Assembly (NCBI GenBank): GCA_963718615.1
Contig: OY970368.1
Location: 1,376,001-1,440,000 of the forward strand
Reading direction: 5' to 3'
From: an uncultured cyanobacterium
GTDB lineage: Bacteria > Cyanobacteriota > Cyanobacteriia > PCC-9006 > JAAUQQ01
DNA length: 64,000 bases
The notes beneath the pieces are model-generated. The model saw only the letters and a program-made list of their open reading frames with translations. It did no database searches and was not told the origin of the DNA. Below are positions 1-9,709 of this stretch, piece by piece. Made by a program: the position numbers and the translations under genes. The stretch's first letter is position 1, and each line of letters opens with the position of its first letter.

Positions 1-830
1 AAGGGATGATCCTTGGGAACCAGTGTCGGATGAACCCGCAACTCTAGTTGCTCGGGCTCGTTCTCCTGTTGGGGTTGACGTTTCGCCATGGCTAGGAGCT
101 TAATCACAAACCCCAGGTTATCGGCGTAGGCAATATCCGTCGCGGCGATGTTGCGAATGCCTTCGCTATAAACAGCTTTGCGATCCACCCGACCGCCATA
201 GGCCAAGGAGGCCAAAATCGTAATCTTATCCGCTGCATCCCAGCCATCCACATCTGCTGTGGGGTCCGCTTCGGCGTAGCCTAGGCGCTGGGCATCCGCC
301 AGAATATCCTCAAAGGCTCCTCCCTCGTTTTTCATGCGGGTGAGGATATAGTTGGTTGTGCCGTTGATAATTCCGGTAATGGCATGGATGCGGTTCGAGC
401 AGAGGGATTGTTTGAGGGGTTCAATCACCGGAATGCCGCCCCCCACTGCCGCTTCCAGCAGGACATAAACCCCTGCCTCCGCCGCTGCGGCAAAAATCTC
501 GTCGCTGTAGAGGGCGATCGCCGCTTTATTCGCTGTTACCACATGTTTGCCATGGGCGATCGCCTGGAGGATGAGCGAGCGAGCGGGTTCCAACCCCCCC
601 ATAACTTCCACCACAATGTCAATGGCTGGATCCGTGACAATGGCCTCTAGGTCTGTGGTGAACAGATCTGCCGACAGCCCCACCTGACGGGGTTTATCGA
701 GGGACCGCACCCCCACCCGCGCAATCTCTAGGTCCTTGACCAGGGGATGACGCTGGGCTGGATCGAGCAGGATTTGGGCGGTGCCCGTGCCGACTGTTCC
801 TAAACCGAGGAGACCAACCTTAAACGTCAC
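1..830 (-). CDS. hom: Homoserine dehydrogenase (3' part runs off window start)
   Basis: Not in the ORF track because it is truncated. Reading the minus strand from GTG at 830 gives MTFKVGLLGLGTVGTG (Rossmann motif), followed by HVVTANKA, EAAVGGGIPVI, GIINGTTNYIL, LGYAEADPTADVDGWDAADK. Confidence 0.93.
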   Translation of the reverse strand, partial: MTFKVGLLGLGTVGTGTAQILLDPAQRHPLVKDLEIARVGVRSLDKPRQVGLSADLFTTDLEAIVTDPAIDIVVEVMGGLEPARSLILQAIAHGKHVVTANKAAIALYSDEIFAAAAEAGVYVLLEAAVGGGIPVIEPLKQSLCSNRIHAITGIINGTTNYILTRMKNEGGAFEDILADAQRLGYAEADPTADVDGWDAADKITILASLAYGGRVDRKAVYSEGIRNIAATDIAYADNLGFVIKLLAMAKRQPQQENEPEQLELRVHPTLVPKDHP

Positions 831-911
831 GACTTCTAGCTCATCAATGAAATGGACTCACCTATTGTACGAGGCTGGGTTGTCAGCTTCCATCCCAGAT
901 TTTGCTCCCTG

Positions 912-950
912 GAGCTCGGTACAAGAGCTCAGTACAAGAGCTCGGTACAA
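912..950 (+). repeat. 13-bp tandem repeat x3 (GAGCTCRGTACAA); last copy runs into a TACAAT -10-like hexamer
   Basis: gagctcggtacaa/gagctcagtacaa/gagctcggtacaa read directly in the hom-helicase divergent intergenic region. Confidence 0.85.
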
Positions 951-993
951 TAGGGCAGACCGCCATCGCCTCGTCCGGACTCAGGGACTTCCT

Positions 994-2598
994 ATGCCTC
1001 GCCAGCCCACGCTCAGCTTTGATCGCGGCACGCTGATTTTGCATCCGCCCCCGCGCGGCAAAGTTTGGGTGGATTTTGTCGAATGGGACGATCGCATCGA
1101 GAAATTCCGCGTTCCCGCCATCCGCTACCGCGAACTCGTGGAAAAACTGCGCCACGCTAACACCCCCTTCGAAGACAAAGCCTGCCAGTTTGAAACCCTA
1201 GAATTAGACGCCCAAATCTCGATTCAGCCCTTTCCCCACCAAGCCGAAGCCCTGGCCGCCTGGAAAAAATCTGAGCGCTGTGGTGTTGTTGTTCTACCCA
1301 CTGGGTCTGGAAAATCTTATCTGGCACAGTTGGCGATCGCCTCCACCCCCCGCTCTACCCTGGTGGTGGTCCCCACCTTGGACCTAATGCATCAGTGGTA
1401 TGCCCAACTCGAAGCTTCGTTTCCTGGTGTGCAAGTGGGATTGCTGGGGGGCGGATCGCGCGATCGCACTCCCATCCTCGTCGCCACCTACGACAGTGCC
1501 GCCATCAACGCCGAAACCCTCGGCAGTCAGTATGCGCTGATTATCTTCGACGAATGTCATCATTTGCCTAGCGATTTTAACCGGGTCATTGCCGAATATA
1601 GTATTGCCCCTTATCGCTTGGGTCTGACCGCTACCCCCGAACGCAGCGACGGTCGCCACGAAGATCTAGGCACCCTCGTGGGCCCAGAGGTCTACCGGCG
1701 CACTGCCGAGGAGCTATCGGGCGAAACTTTGGCGGACTATGAAGTGCGGCAAATTAAGGTGAAACTGACGGAGGCCGAACGGGAGCGCTATAGCCAACTG
1801 ATCGAACAACGCAATGCTTTTTTGAAAAGTGCCAAAATTTCCTTTGGCAGTATTAATGGCTGGCAACGGTTTATTCAGGTGAGCGCCCGGTCTGAGGAAG
1901 GCCGAAAAGCCATGCGGGCCCACCATGAGGCGAAGGCGATCGCCCTCGGCAATGAAGGCAAAATTCAGATCCTGACCGATTTGTTGGCGGACCATCATCC
2001 CGAAAAAACCCTGATTTTCACCAATGATAATGCCACCGTCTATCGCATTTCTCTCGATTTTTTGATCCCTGCTATTACACACAAAACCCCTGTTAAAGAA
2101 CGCCATGAAATCTTGCAAAAATTCAAAGCGGGGGACTATAGAACTTTAGTGGTTGCCAATGTGTTGGATGAAGGGGTGGATGTACCCGATGCGAGTATTG
2201 CGATTTTCCTAGCGGGTACGGGCTCAACGCGACAATTTATTCAACGCCTAGGGCGGATTCTGCGGCGGGGGGCAAAGCCCGGAAAACGGGCGATTCTTTA
2301 CGAAGTGATTGCCGAGGATACAGTTGAAGAGCGGGTCTCTCAACGACGGCGCAAGACGCAAAACCACAAGCCCGAGAAGCGTGGTCAGTTGGAGCTCTTA
2401 CCGGGGGGTGGATTAACGCCCAAGGATTCTCCTGAAGAGGCTCAACCGACCCAACCTGTCATTGACAAACCCAAACCTGTTTCTCCCTATGAGCTTTATC
2501 CGTTGGCAGCGCCGAAGGCGGCGGAAGGGGGCGATCGCTACTCCTCCCAGCGTGACGAAGCAGAGGAAGCAGAGGAAGATAATGATACAGATTGGTAG
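994..2598 (+). CDS. Superfamily-2 DExH helicase (XPB/Rad25/ResIII-like)
   Basis: Walker A LPTGSGKS, DECHH, GLTATPER, DEGVDVP, QRLGRILR. ATG 994 chosen as start because the longer ORF overlaps hom. Confidence 0.9.
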   Translation: MPRQPTLSFDRGTLILHPPPRGKVWVDFVEWDDRIEKFRVPAIRYRELVEKLRHANTPFEDKACQFETLELDAQISIQPFPHQAEALAAWKKSERCGVVVLPTGSGKSYLAQLAIASTPRSTLVVVPTLDLMHQWYAQLEASFPGVQVGLLGGGSRDRTPILVATYDSAAINAETLGSQYALIIFDECHHLPSDFNRVIAEYSIAPYRLGLTATPERSDGRHEDLGTLVGPEVYRRTAEELSGETLADYEVRQIKVKLTEAERERYSQLIEQRNAFLKSAKISFGSINGWQRFIQVSARSEEGRKAMRAHHEAKAIALGNEGKIQILTDLLADHHPEKTLIFTNDNATVYRISLDFLIPAITHKTPVKERHEILQKFKAGDYRTLVVANVLDEGVDVPDASIAIFLAGTGSTRQFIQRLGRILRRGAKPGKRAILYEVIAEDTVEERVSQRRRKTQNHKPEKRGQLELLPGGGLTPKDSPEEAQPTQPVIDKPKPVSPYELYPLAAPKAAEGGDRYSSQRDEAEEAEEDNDTDW

Positions 2599-2667
2599 TG
2601 GTTCAATGCAAGGTTATACGAAAGGTCTATCTCCAATTATCGAAGCCCACGAACAGCCCCGCGCCCA

Positions 2668-2703
2668 CAAAAAAGCCCCGCCTCCGCAGAGACCGGGCCT
2701 TTT
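2668..2703 (-). terminator. Intrinsic terminator of 6S RNA (probably bidirectional)
   Basis: GC-rich hairpin (minus strand ggcccggtctc-tgc-ggaggcggggc) flanked by A6 and T4 tracts, between the convergent helicase and 6S genes. Confidence 0.75.
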
Positions 2704-2713
2704 CAAAATAAGA

Positions 2714-2893
2714 TTCACCGCAACGCCGTCTTACCTCAGTTTGTGACCTGGAAACTCCAGGGGGGGGCCGGTTAAAACTGATTTAAAGTTTCCGGGTACA
2801 AGCCCGGCCTACTGCCACCAGCAAGTTAGCTCCCAACTAAATCAAGACATAGATCAAAAAACATTGTTGGCAGTCACCAACGCCGCCGTGAAC
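2714..2893 (-). ncRNA. ssrS: 6S RNA
   Basis: About 180 nt immediately downstream of purK, the known cyanobacterial position. 5' ttcacggcggcgtt pairs with 3' ggcgttgcggtgaa to give a long closing stem. Internal segments GGGAGCTAACTTG and GGTCACAAACTGAGGTAA resemble cyanobacterial 6S. TAGAAT -10 box at 2900-2905. Confidence 0.88.
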
Positions 2894-3012
2894 TTGTTCA
2901 TTCTAGCCACTGGTTTTGCCCCTGACCAGATGGGGATTTCCACATTGACAGGTGTCACAGCGCCGCTTGCTGGGAAATTGCTCGTACGCCGTTTGAACCA
3001 TATTGAATCGAC

Positions 3013-4188
3013 TTAGACCAGCGGGGGCCAGAGGCTGTCGATTTGGGCGATCGCCTCATCCGCCAGCCGTTGCCGTTTCTGCGGATCTGCCTCCGTCAAT
3101 GTCACCGTCACATGACCCAATTTACGTCTGGGTCGCGACTGTTTCTTTCCGTACCAATACACATGGGCATTGGGAATCTCCGCCAGTTTCTTCCGCTTTT
3201 CTTCATAGTTATCCGTCGCCGCTTCAAACCCCAGCAGATTGACCATCACGGCTCCCGGCACCGTCATCTCTGCACTCCCCAGGGGAAACCCACAAACCGC
3301 CCGTAGCTGCTGCTCAAACTGAGAGGTTTTACAGGCATCGAGGCTGTAGTGGCCCGAGTTGTGGGTGCGAGGTGCGGTTTCGTTGATCAGGATGCGATCG
3401 CCCTGCTGAAACAGCTCCAGCCCAAACACCCCCACCACCTCTAAGCTCTGAAGCAACGTCTCCGCCATGCGAGTCACCGCCGCTTGCACCCTGGGTGAAA
3501 CCGCTGCCGGGGCAATCACCCAACGACAAACCTGCTGCACCTGCCGGGTTTCAACCACGGGATAGACAACGACTTCACCGCTGGCGCTGCGGGCTGCCAT
3601 GACGGCGAGTTCGCGCTCGAAGGGGATAAATTCTTCGAGCAAAAATGGTTCAAAACCTTCTGCATCGAGAATCTGCTGCAACGCCCCAGCGGTTTTAATC
3701 ACCGTTGTCCCCTGGCCGTCGTAGCCCAGTCGCCGCGCCTTGAGAACGACCGGAAAACCAAAGGGATTTTGCCAATCGCCCCGGTCCGCAGCGGGAACAT
3801 CGCCGAGGGCCAGAAACATCGGTGTCGGTAACCCCGTCCGTTGGAAATAGGCCCGCTGCTCCGCCTTATCCAGCAAAGGCCGCAGGGCCGAGAGACTGGG
3901 CGCAAACCTCACCCCCTGCTGCGCTAGCGCCTCCAACGCCTCTAGATCGACAAATTCATTTTCAAACGTAATCACTTCGCTGTGGGCCGCCAGGGCCTGG
4001 GTCGTCCCCACATCCTGAATTGCGCCGAGAAAGGTTTCCTCGGCGATCGCCCCCGCTGGATCCTCCATGTGGGGCGTTTGCACGCGCAACTCCAGCCCTA
4101 ATTTTGCCGCCCCTGCTGCCATCATCCAGGCCAGTTGTCCCCCGCCAATCACCCCAACCTGTCGATAGCACCCACTGTCCTGAACCAT
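3013..4188 (-). CDS. purK: N5-carboxyaminoimidazole ribonucleotide synthase (ATP-grasp)
   Basis: GVIGGGQLAWM, ITFENEF, GYDGQG, NETAPRTHNSGH, SQFEQQLRA, RKLGHVT. Confidence 0.96.
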   Translation of the reverse strand: MVQDSGCYRQVGVIGGGQLAWMMAAGAAKLGLELRVQTPHMEDPAGAIAEETFLGAIQDVGTTQALAAHSEVITFENEFVDLEALEALAQQGVRFAPSLSALRPLLDKAEQRAYFQRTGLPTPMFLALGDVPAADRGDWQNPFGFPVVLKARRLGYDGQGTTVIKTAGALQQILDAEGFEPFLLEEFIPFERELAVMAARSASGEVVVYPVVETRQVQQVCRWVIAPAAVSPRVQAAVTRMAETLLQSLEVVGVFGLELFQQGDRILINETAPRTHNSGHYSLDACKTSQFEQQLRAVCGFPLGSAEMTVPGAVMVNLLGFEAATDNYEEKRKKLAEIPNAHVYWYGKKQSRPRRKLGHVTVTLTEADPQKRQRLADEAIAQIDSLWPPLV

Positions 4189-4315
4189 GATCCGAACGTC
4201 TCTACCGCTGCACTTTACGAGAAATTCATTCCGCCTCACTGTACAATGGCTCGCCGCCCTTGGGAACTTTAGGTCTAGTCTGTCTTCCCATCGTCGTGCG
4301 CTGCTGGAGGTCTCG

Positions 4316-5851
4316 ATGACAATCCCAGATCGGCTCGATCGAGTCGTTAATGACCTCGAACGAGATCAGAATCTGTCGCGGATTAGAAAGCTGCTTTACT
4401 GCACCTACCATGGCGTGTGGGAAGATGATCTCAGCCGTCTGGGTCGGGTGCCCCTGCGGGAGTTAGTCCAGGGGGTTTGGGAGCGATCGCCCACCCTCGA
4501 TGCCCTACAGTTTCAGCTCAACCGCATCGTCAAAACCCTGAATAAGCCCGTGGAATATGCCCATGTGGCCAATTCAATTTTGCGAGTAATGACGCCCCTC
4601 TACCGGGATGCCTACGACATTACGCGACCCCTCAGTCGTCCCGGCAAAGGTCTGGAGACGGGCGGGCATTTTCCGGCGCTAGAAGCCGAGCCCATGACCG
4701 CCCAGCTTGTGGCTCCACCCCCGGCTCCACCCCCCACCCATGCCACCCCCAACGCGACTCAATGGCTGGGCAGTGAACCGGCTGCCCCCTCGCCGCGACA
4801 GCTTGTAGACACCCAAGTAGCTCACGAGCTATCCCATCACGTCGATAATATTCGCCTCAAAAAGTTGCTGGTTTGTGTCTGCAAGAATTTTTGGGAAAAC
4901 GACCCGGCACGGCTGGTGGCCCTCGATTGGGGGGAGCTCCTGCGCGAAACCCAGCAGCTGATTCCGACGCTGGAAAATTTGGACTATGTCTTGCAGGCGA
5001 TCGTCAAGTCCTTGAGCAAGCCGCTGGAATATTTGCCCATCGCTAGTACGCTCCTAAACTTGCTGCGTCCCCTCTATGAGCAACGCCCTAAGGCTGCGGA
5101 TACTCAGTTTTATGGTTTGGAGAACAGCCCTAAGCCCACCGAAGCAACACAGTTCTATGGCGGGGATGGTAGCGGGAATGGTAGCGAGCATGGGAGAGCA
5201 GCCCCTGCCGTGACCTCTCGTGAGCCTGCTCCAGCCGTTGAGCCGGTGACGGCTGCCTATTGGAATCCTGCGCCTGCGCCTTCGGCTCTAGAGCAACCCA
5301 CCGGGATGCTGACGCCCGAGGCGGTGGATTGGAGCGATCGCGATCGGCCTGAATTGGCCAATGGACGTCCCAGTGACGAGCACGCTTCGCTGGCAGAATT
5401 GCCGAGCCCAGATGGGCAAGATGACTTTAGCCTGCGGTTGGAGATCATGCGCTATGCCAATCCGCTCATGGTCAAAATCGTGGTGTTTTCTGCCCTGCAT
5501 CGGCTATTTCGATTTTCTGAGCAGGACTGGCAGGATTTGCGCCAGTACAGCTTGGTCAGTTTACTGACGGGGTTGCGGCAAAGCTATCCCAACTTCATCG
5601 ATGTGGAAACCAAGCTTTGTCTGACGGCGGAACAGATTGAGCTAAGCGAAAACGCCATGAAAACCGTGGCCGCCATCTTGAAAGTGCTCAAGCCCTACTA
5701 CACCGATAGTGGTGCTGGAGCCCCAGTCCGTCAGTTTGCCTTGACCCAGGCGGTTGCCAGCTCCCTCGAAGATGATTTGGCAGCACTTGCGGCGGTGCTG
5801 GAAGAGGACGAACGTAAACATGAGAATAGCTGTCAGGTTTTTGAGTCATGA
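4316..5851 (+). CDS. Hypothetical protein with three copies of a ~90-aa helical domain and Pro/Thr-rich linkers
   Basis: Repeats RIRKLLY..WEDD..PTL..LNKP.EY..PLY and RLKKLLV..WEND..PTL..LSKP.EY..PLY, plus a diverged third copy ending LKPYY. Stop overlaps the next ATG (ATGA). Confidence 0.8.
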   Translation: MTIPDRLDRVVNDLERDQNLSRIRKLLYCTYHGVWEDDLSRLGRVPLRELVQGVWERSPTLDALQFQLNRIVKTLNKPVEYAHVANSILRVMTPLYRDAYDITRPLSRPGKGLETGGHFPALEAEPMTAQLVAPPPAPPPTHATPNATQWLGSEPAAPSPRQLVDTQVAHELSHHVDNIRLKKLLVCVCKNFWENDPARLVALDWGELLRETQQLIPTLENLDYVLQAIVKSLSKPLEYLPIASTLLNLLRPLYEQRPKAADTQFYGLENSPKPTEATQFYGGDGSGNGSEHGRAAPAVTSREPAPAVEPVTAAYWNPAPAPSALEQPTGMLTPEAVDWSDRDRPELANGRPSDEHASLAELPSPDGQDDFSLRLEIMRYANPLMVKIVVFSALHRLFRFSEQDWQDLRQYSLVSLLTGLRQSYPNFIDVETKLCLTAEQIELSENAMKTVAAILKVLKPYYTDSGAGAPVRQFALTQAVASSLEDDLAALAAVLEEDERKHENSCQVFES

Positions 5852-6846
5852 ATCCCCAAGAGCTTCTGCGCCGCTATGATGCGGGCGAGACCGATTTCAG
5901 CGGGATCAATCTCACCAGTGTGAATCTGGCCGGGGTAGATCTGGTGGGTGCAATTTTTAAGCGGGCTGATTTTCGCAGCGCCAATTTAATTCTCAGTTTT
6001 CTCAATCGGGTAAATCTGCGCGGGTCCGTGCTAATGGGGGCTAGGCTCTGCGGTGCCAATCTGGCCCAGGCCAATCTCAGCGCAGCGCAGCTCAAGGATG
6101 CGGATCTCCATGGGGCAGTCCTGTCTGGGGCTGATTTGCGGGGCTCGAATTTGACCTTGGCGAATTTGATGGATGCCAATTTGGCCTATGCCGATCTGCG
6201 CAGCGCCAATCTTAGTGGGGCGAATTTGAGCGGGGCCTGTTTGTGGGGCGCAAATTTACGCTACGAAGCGCGGTCCTACGATGGGGCGAATTTGCGCGGG
6301 GCCAATTTGGCAGGGGCGGATTTACGCGGGGCGAATTTTTATGGCGCGGATCTGAGTCGGGCGAATTTGCGCGGGGCGAATTTGAGCGAGGCGAATCTGC
6401 GGGAGGTGGATTTGCAGGAGGCGGATCTGAGTGAGGCGATCGCCATCAACACCGCCCTCGGAGATGCCAATTTGATCAATGCCAATTTGATGGGGGCAAA
6501 GATTGTGCGATCGCGCCTCGAACGGGCGAACTGTACAGGCGCAAATTTCCGGGGGGCAGACCTTTCGGATACGACCCTAGCGGATGCAGTCCTAGACAAA
6601 GCCGATTTACGCAGTTGCCGACTGATCCAGACAAGGCTCAAGGGCGTCACCCTCAGCCATGCCAACCTTACGAAAGCGGATTTAACGCAGGCGACGCTGG
6701 TCTCTGCCTATTTAACCCGGACCAATTTAACCGGAGCGATTTTACGGGATGCCAACCTGGTGAAGGCCGAAATGAGCAGTGCCAATATCATTGGGGCAGA
6801 TTTTTCCGGGGCAACCATGCCAGACGGGTCAACCCATCCGGATTAA
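5848..6846 (+). CDS. Pentapeptide repeat protein
   Basis: ELLRRYDAGETDF N-terminus, A[DN]Lxx repeats throughout, GATMPDGS C-terminus. Confidence 0.95.
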   Translation: MNPQELLRRYDAGETDFSGINLTSVNLAGVDLVGAIFKRADFRSANLILSFLNRVNLRGSVLMGARLCGANLAQANLSAAQLKDADLHGAVLSGADLRGSNLTLANLMDANLAYADLRSANLSGANLSGACLWGANLRYEARSYDGANLRGANLAGADLRGANFYGADLSRANLRGANLSEANLREVDLQEADLSEAIAINTALGDANLINANLMGAKIVRSRLERANCTGANFRGADLSDTTLADAVLDKADLRSCRLIQTRLKGVTLSHANLTKADLTQATLVSAYLTRTNLTGAILRDANLVKAEMSSANIIGADFSGATMPDGSTHPD

Positions 6847-6897
6847 ACCCTCCAGATCAAATCCCTCAAGCCATTGCGCTAGGCTAGGACTGTGCAA

Positions 6898-6916
6898 GGA
6901 CGAATGCGATTCGTCC
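6898..6916. repeat. Short REP-like palindrome
   Basis: ggacgaat-gcg-attcgtcc perfect 8-bp stem between two genes, similar in form to cyanobacterial GGGCGAAT..ATTCGCCC elements. Confidence 0.4.
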
Positions 6917-6945
6917 CAATGTAATTTCCTTTCCTCGGTCTGGCT

Positions 6946-7818
6946 ATGAGCACCACCCCTTTTTCAACCCCTTCTTCTACGGCTGCACCACAGGGCGAGT
7001 CTGCTTCGGATTTGAGCAATTTGATCCAGGAGACGTTGGCGCTGACCCGTCGGCTGTTTATTCAGCTCCAGCGTCGCCCCACTACGCTGATTGCGGGGAT
7101 TATTCAGCCGGTGATGTGGCTGGTTCTCTTTGGTGCCCTGTTTCAAAATGCACCCCAGAATTTGTTTGGGGACGAAGTCAGCTATGGCCAGTTTCTTGGA
7201 GCTGGCGTGATTGTCTTTACAGCCTTTAGCGGGGCGCTGAATGCCGGATTGCCGGTGATGTTCGATCGTGAGTTTGGTTTTCTCAACCGCCTCCTAGTAG
7301 CGCCCTTGACCTCTCGCTTTTCCATTGTCCTGGCCTCGGCCCTTTACATCATGGTCCTGACGCTGCTACAAACGGCGGCGATTATGGCGATGAGTGCGGC
7401 CTTGGGTGCGGGCTGGCCTGGTGCGGCGGGGTTGGCGATCGTGGCGATGATTATCGTTCTAATGGTTCTCGCCGTTACAGCCCTCAGTCTAGGGTTGGCC
7501 TTTAGCCTGCCCGGTCACATTGAGCTGATTGCGGCGATTTTTATCACCAATCTACCGCTGTTGTTTGCCAGTACGGCCTTGGCTCCACTGTCATTTATGC
7601 CGGTGTGGCTGCGCTGGATTGCGAGCCTCAACCCGCTGAGTTATGCGATCGAGCCCATCCGCCATGTCTATTTGCATCCTGTCTGGCATTGGAGCGACGT
7701 TGTTCTCGCGGCTCCCTTTGCGAATATCACGATGGGGGGTGCAATTTTGGCACTGGCGGGATTTTGCGTAGCGGCAGTCCTGCTCATTCAACCGGCGCTG
7801 AAGCGAACGCTCATTTAA
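6946..7818 (+). CDS. ABC-2 type transporter permease (Ycf38-like)
   Basis: Six hydrophobic segments; FDREFGFLNRLLVAP, LNPLSYAIEPIR. Confidence 0.9.
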   Translation: MSTTPFSTPSSTAAPQGESASDLSNLIQETLALTRRLFIQLQRRPTTLIAGIIQPVMWLVLFGALFQNAPQNLFGDEVSYGQFLGAGVIVFTAFSGALNAGLPVMFDREFGFLNRLLVAPLTSRFSIVLASALYIMVLTLLQTAAIMAMSAALGAGWPGAAGLAIVAMIIVLMVLAVTALSLGLAFSLPGHIELIAAIFITNLPLLFASTALAPLSFMPVWLRWIASLNPLSYAIEPIRHVYLHPVWHWSDVVLAAPFANITMGGAILALAGFCVAAVLLIQPALKRTLI

Positions 7819-7904
7819 GGACCACAGGCGGATTGTGCTGAAGCCGACGATCGCGTAAATTAAAATGTAAAGAAATGTGAGTACACGGTCTCATAAAGCT
7901 GCCC

Positions 7905-8708
7905 ATGCTCAATCGCCTCTTCCGACCTATCGCTGCGGGTCTGCTCTGTCTGCTAGCTTCCTTTGTGATTCTGGCCCCTCCAGCCTTTGCCTATGACAAC
8001 CCCGATCTGCTCCCCAACCAGAGCACCCCGATCATTGATCTAGCCCGTGCCCTAACGGATGTTCAAGAGGAGCAGTTGGCGAGCGAACTTGAGACGCTGG
8101 AATCCGATACCGGCTGGAAGTTGCGGGTGTTGACTCAGTTCGATCGCACGCCAGGTCGCGCCGTCCAAGAGTTTTGGAAGCTAGACCAAAAAAGTTTGCT
8201 CTTGGTTGCAGATCCCCGTGGTGGCAATTTGCTCAACTTTAATGTGGGGGGTGATTTTTACGAGATTTTCCCACGCACCTTTTGGATTGAACTGCAAACC
8301 CGCTTCGGCAATCAGTTTTACGTGCGGGATAACGGTGAAGACAGCGCTATCCTCGAATCGATCAAAACCCTGGATGGCTGTCTCCGCCAAGGCGGTTGTA
8401 GCGTCGTGCCAGGACTGCCCCGCGAGCAGTGGATTTTTACGCTGATTACGTCAGTTTTGGGCGGCGTGATTTGTGGGTTTGCGGCCCATCCCCGCAAGCC
8501 GGGTCAGATTATTGCTTGGCAGTGGGCGCTGATTCTATCGCCCCTATGGGGAATTTTGTTTGGGGCGTTTGGGATTGGTCCGGTGGTAACGAGGACTTCA
8601 GACTGGCTGCCGCTATTCCGCAATGTGCTGGGGTTTGCCGTGGGGGCCTTGGCGGCGTACCTAACCTACCAAATCCGAGAGGATAATTCCTCCCGTTCAG
8701 AAACCTAG
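7905..8708 (+). CDS. TPM-domain thylakoid/membrane protein
   Basis: Signal peptide ending AFA, IIDLARAL..TGWKLRVLTQ TPM-like core, three C-terminal TM helices. Confidence 0.8.
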   Translation: MLNRLFRPIAAGLLCLLASFVILAPPAFAYDNPDLLPNQSTPIIDLARALTDVQEEQLASELETLESDTGWKLRVLTQFDRTPGRAVQEFWKLDQKSLLLVADPRGGNLLNFNVGGDFYEIFPRTFWIELQTRFGNQFYVRDNGEDSAILESIKTLDGCLRQGGCSVVPGLPREQWIFTLITSVLGGVICGFAAHPRKPGQIIAWQWALILSPLWGILFGAFGIGPVVTRTSDWLPLFRNVLGFAVGALAAYLTYQIREDNSSRSET

Positions 8709-8717
8709 CGATCGCCC

Positions 8718-9464
8718 ATGACCCCAGATTTATGGGCCAGAACCAGCGGCACTTGGATGAATGTCCTCACGGTCGCCCTAGGTTCTGGCCTTGGTTTGTT
8801 TTTACAGGAAAAATTACCCACCCGGATGCAGCGGGTCATTATCCAGGGAGTCGGTCTGCTGACGATTTTCCTGGGGCTGACGCTGGCGAGCAAACTGCTG
8901 GCGGTGCAGGCCGGACGGCTGGATGGCATCATCGTCGGGCTGATTGCCTTGGTCGCCGGTGGATTGCTGGGTGAAGGGCTGAAGCTGGAGGTACGGCTAG
9001 AGCAGCTAGGGGATTGGCTACAGCGGCGGTTTCGTGGGCAGGGCCGGTTTACGGAGGGGTTTGTGACGGCGAGCTTGCTGTTTTGCGTCGGGCCGATGAC
9101 GCTGATTGGCAGCTTAAACAATGGCCTCAGAGGGGACGATACCCTGCTGATGCTCAAGGCCGTAATGGATGGGATTACAGCGATCGCCCTCACGGGCAGC
9201 TATGGTCCCGGCGTCGCCTGCTCCTTATTCACCATTTTGCTCTATCAAGGCGGACTCTCCCTGGCCGCAGGGGCCTTGGCCCAGACCCTGCCTGACCCCG
9301 CCCAGGATCCCCATATTTTGATCGCCACCGGCATTGGGGGGCTGATGATTTTGGGGACGGGGTTAAATCTGTTAGACATGGCCAAAGTCCCTGTCGCCTC
9401 GTTTTTGCCCGCGTTGGTCTTAGGGCCGCTGGTCTTGGCGCTGGCAGTGGCGTTGAGCTCGTGA
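8718..9464 (+). CDS. DUF554 family membrane protein
   Basis: GTWMNVLTV, GFVTASLLFCVGPMTLIGSL, LKAVMDG. Confidence 0.88.
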   Translation: MTPDLWARTSGTWMNVLTVALGSGLGLFLQEKLPTRMQRVIIQGVGLLTIFLGLTLASKLLAVQAGRLDGIIVGLIALVAGGLLGEGLKLEVRLEQLGDWLQRRFRGQGRFTEGFVTASLLFCVGPMTLIGSLNNGLRGDDTLLMLKAVMDGITAIALTGSYGPGVACSLFTILLYQGGLSLAAGALAQTLPDPAQDPHILIATGIGGLMILGTGLNLLDMAKVPVASFLPALVLGPLVLALAVALSS

Positions 9465-9471
9465 GCTCCGG

Positions 9472-9699
9472 CTAGGGCGTATCCAGCAATTGCCACCAGC
9501 CCAAACTGGGGCCAATAAACCGAATCACTACCCAACCTGCCACCAAGCCGACAATCCCCACCCAAGCGCCCTTGGTGGAGAGCTTGATGAATTTTTCGGA
9601 CTGTTTTTTCGTAACGGGTAAGAACGGCAAGAGATAGTCTGGCTTCTCCTTCCCGTAGTCTTCTCCCAGGTTTTCCTGACGACGTTTGGCTTCTCCCAT
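9472..9699 (-). CDS. DUF2839 family small membrane protein
   Basis: MGEAKRR N-terminus; GAWVGI..RFIGPSLGWW C-terminus. Confidence 0.85.
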   Translation of the reverse strand: MGEAKRRQENLGEDYGKEKPDYLLPFLPVTKKQSEKFIKLSTKGAWVGIVGLVAGWVVIRFIGPSLGWWQLLDTP

Positions 9700-9709
9700 G
9701 GTGCCTCTG

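Noticed and set aside
781-993. N-terminal extension of the helicase ORF (likewise ORF-track extensions of purK, pbpC, fraE, ahcY)
   Set aside because: They overlap neighbouring genes or promoters and lack family similarity; downstream ATGs fit better.
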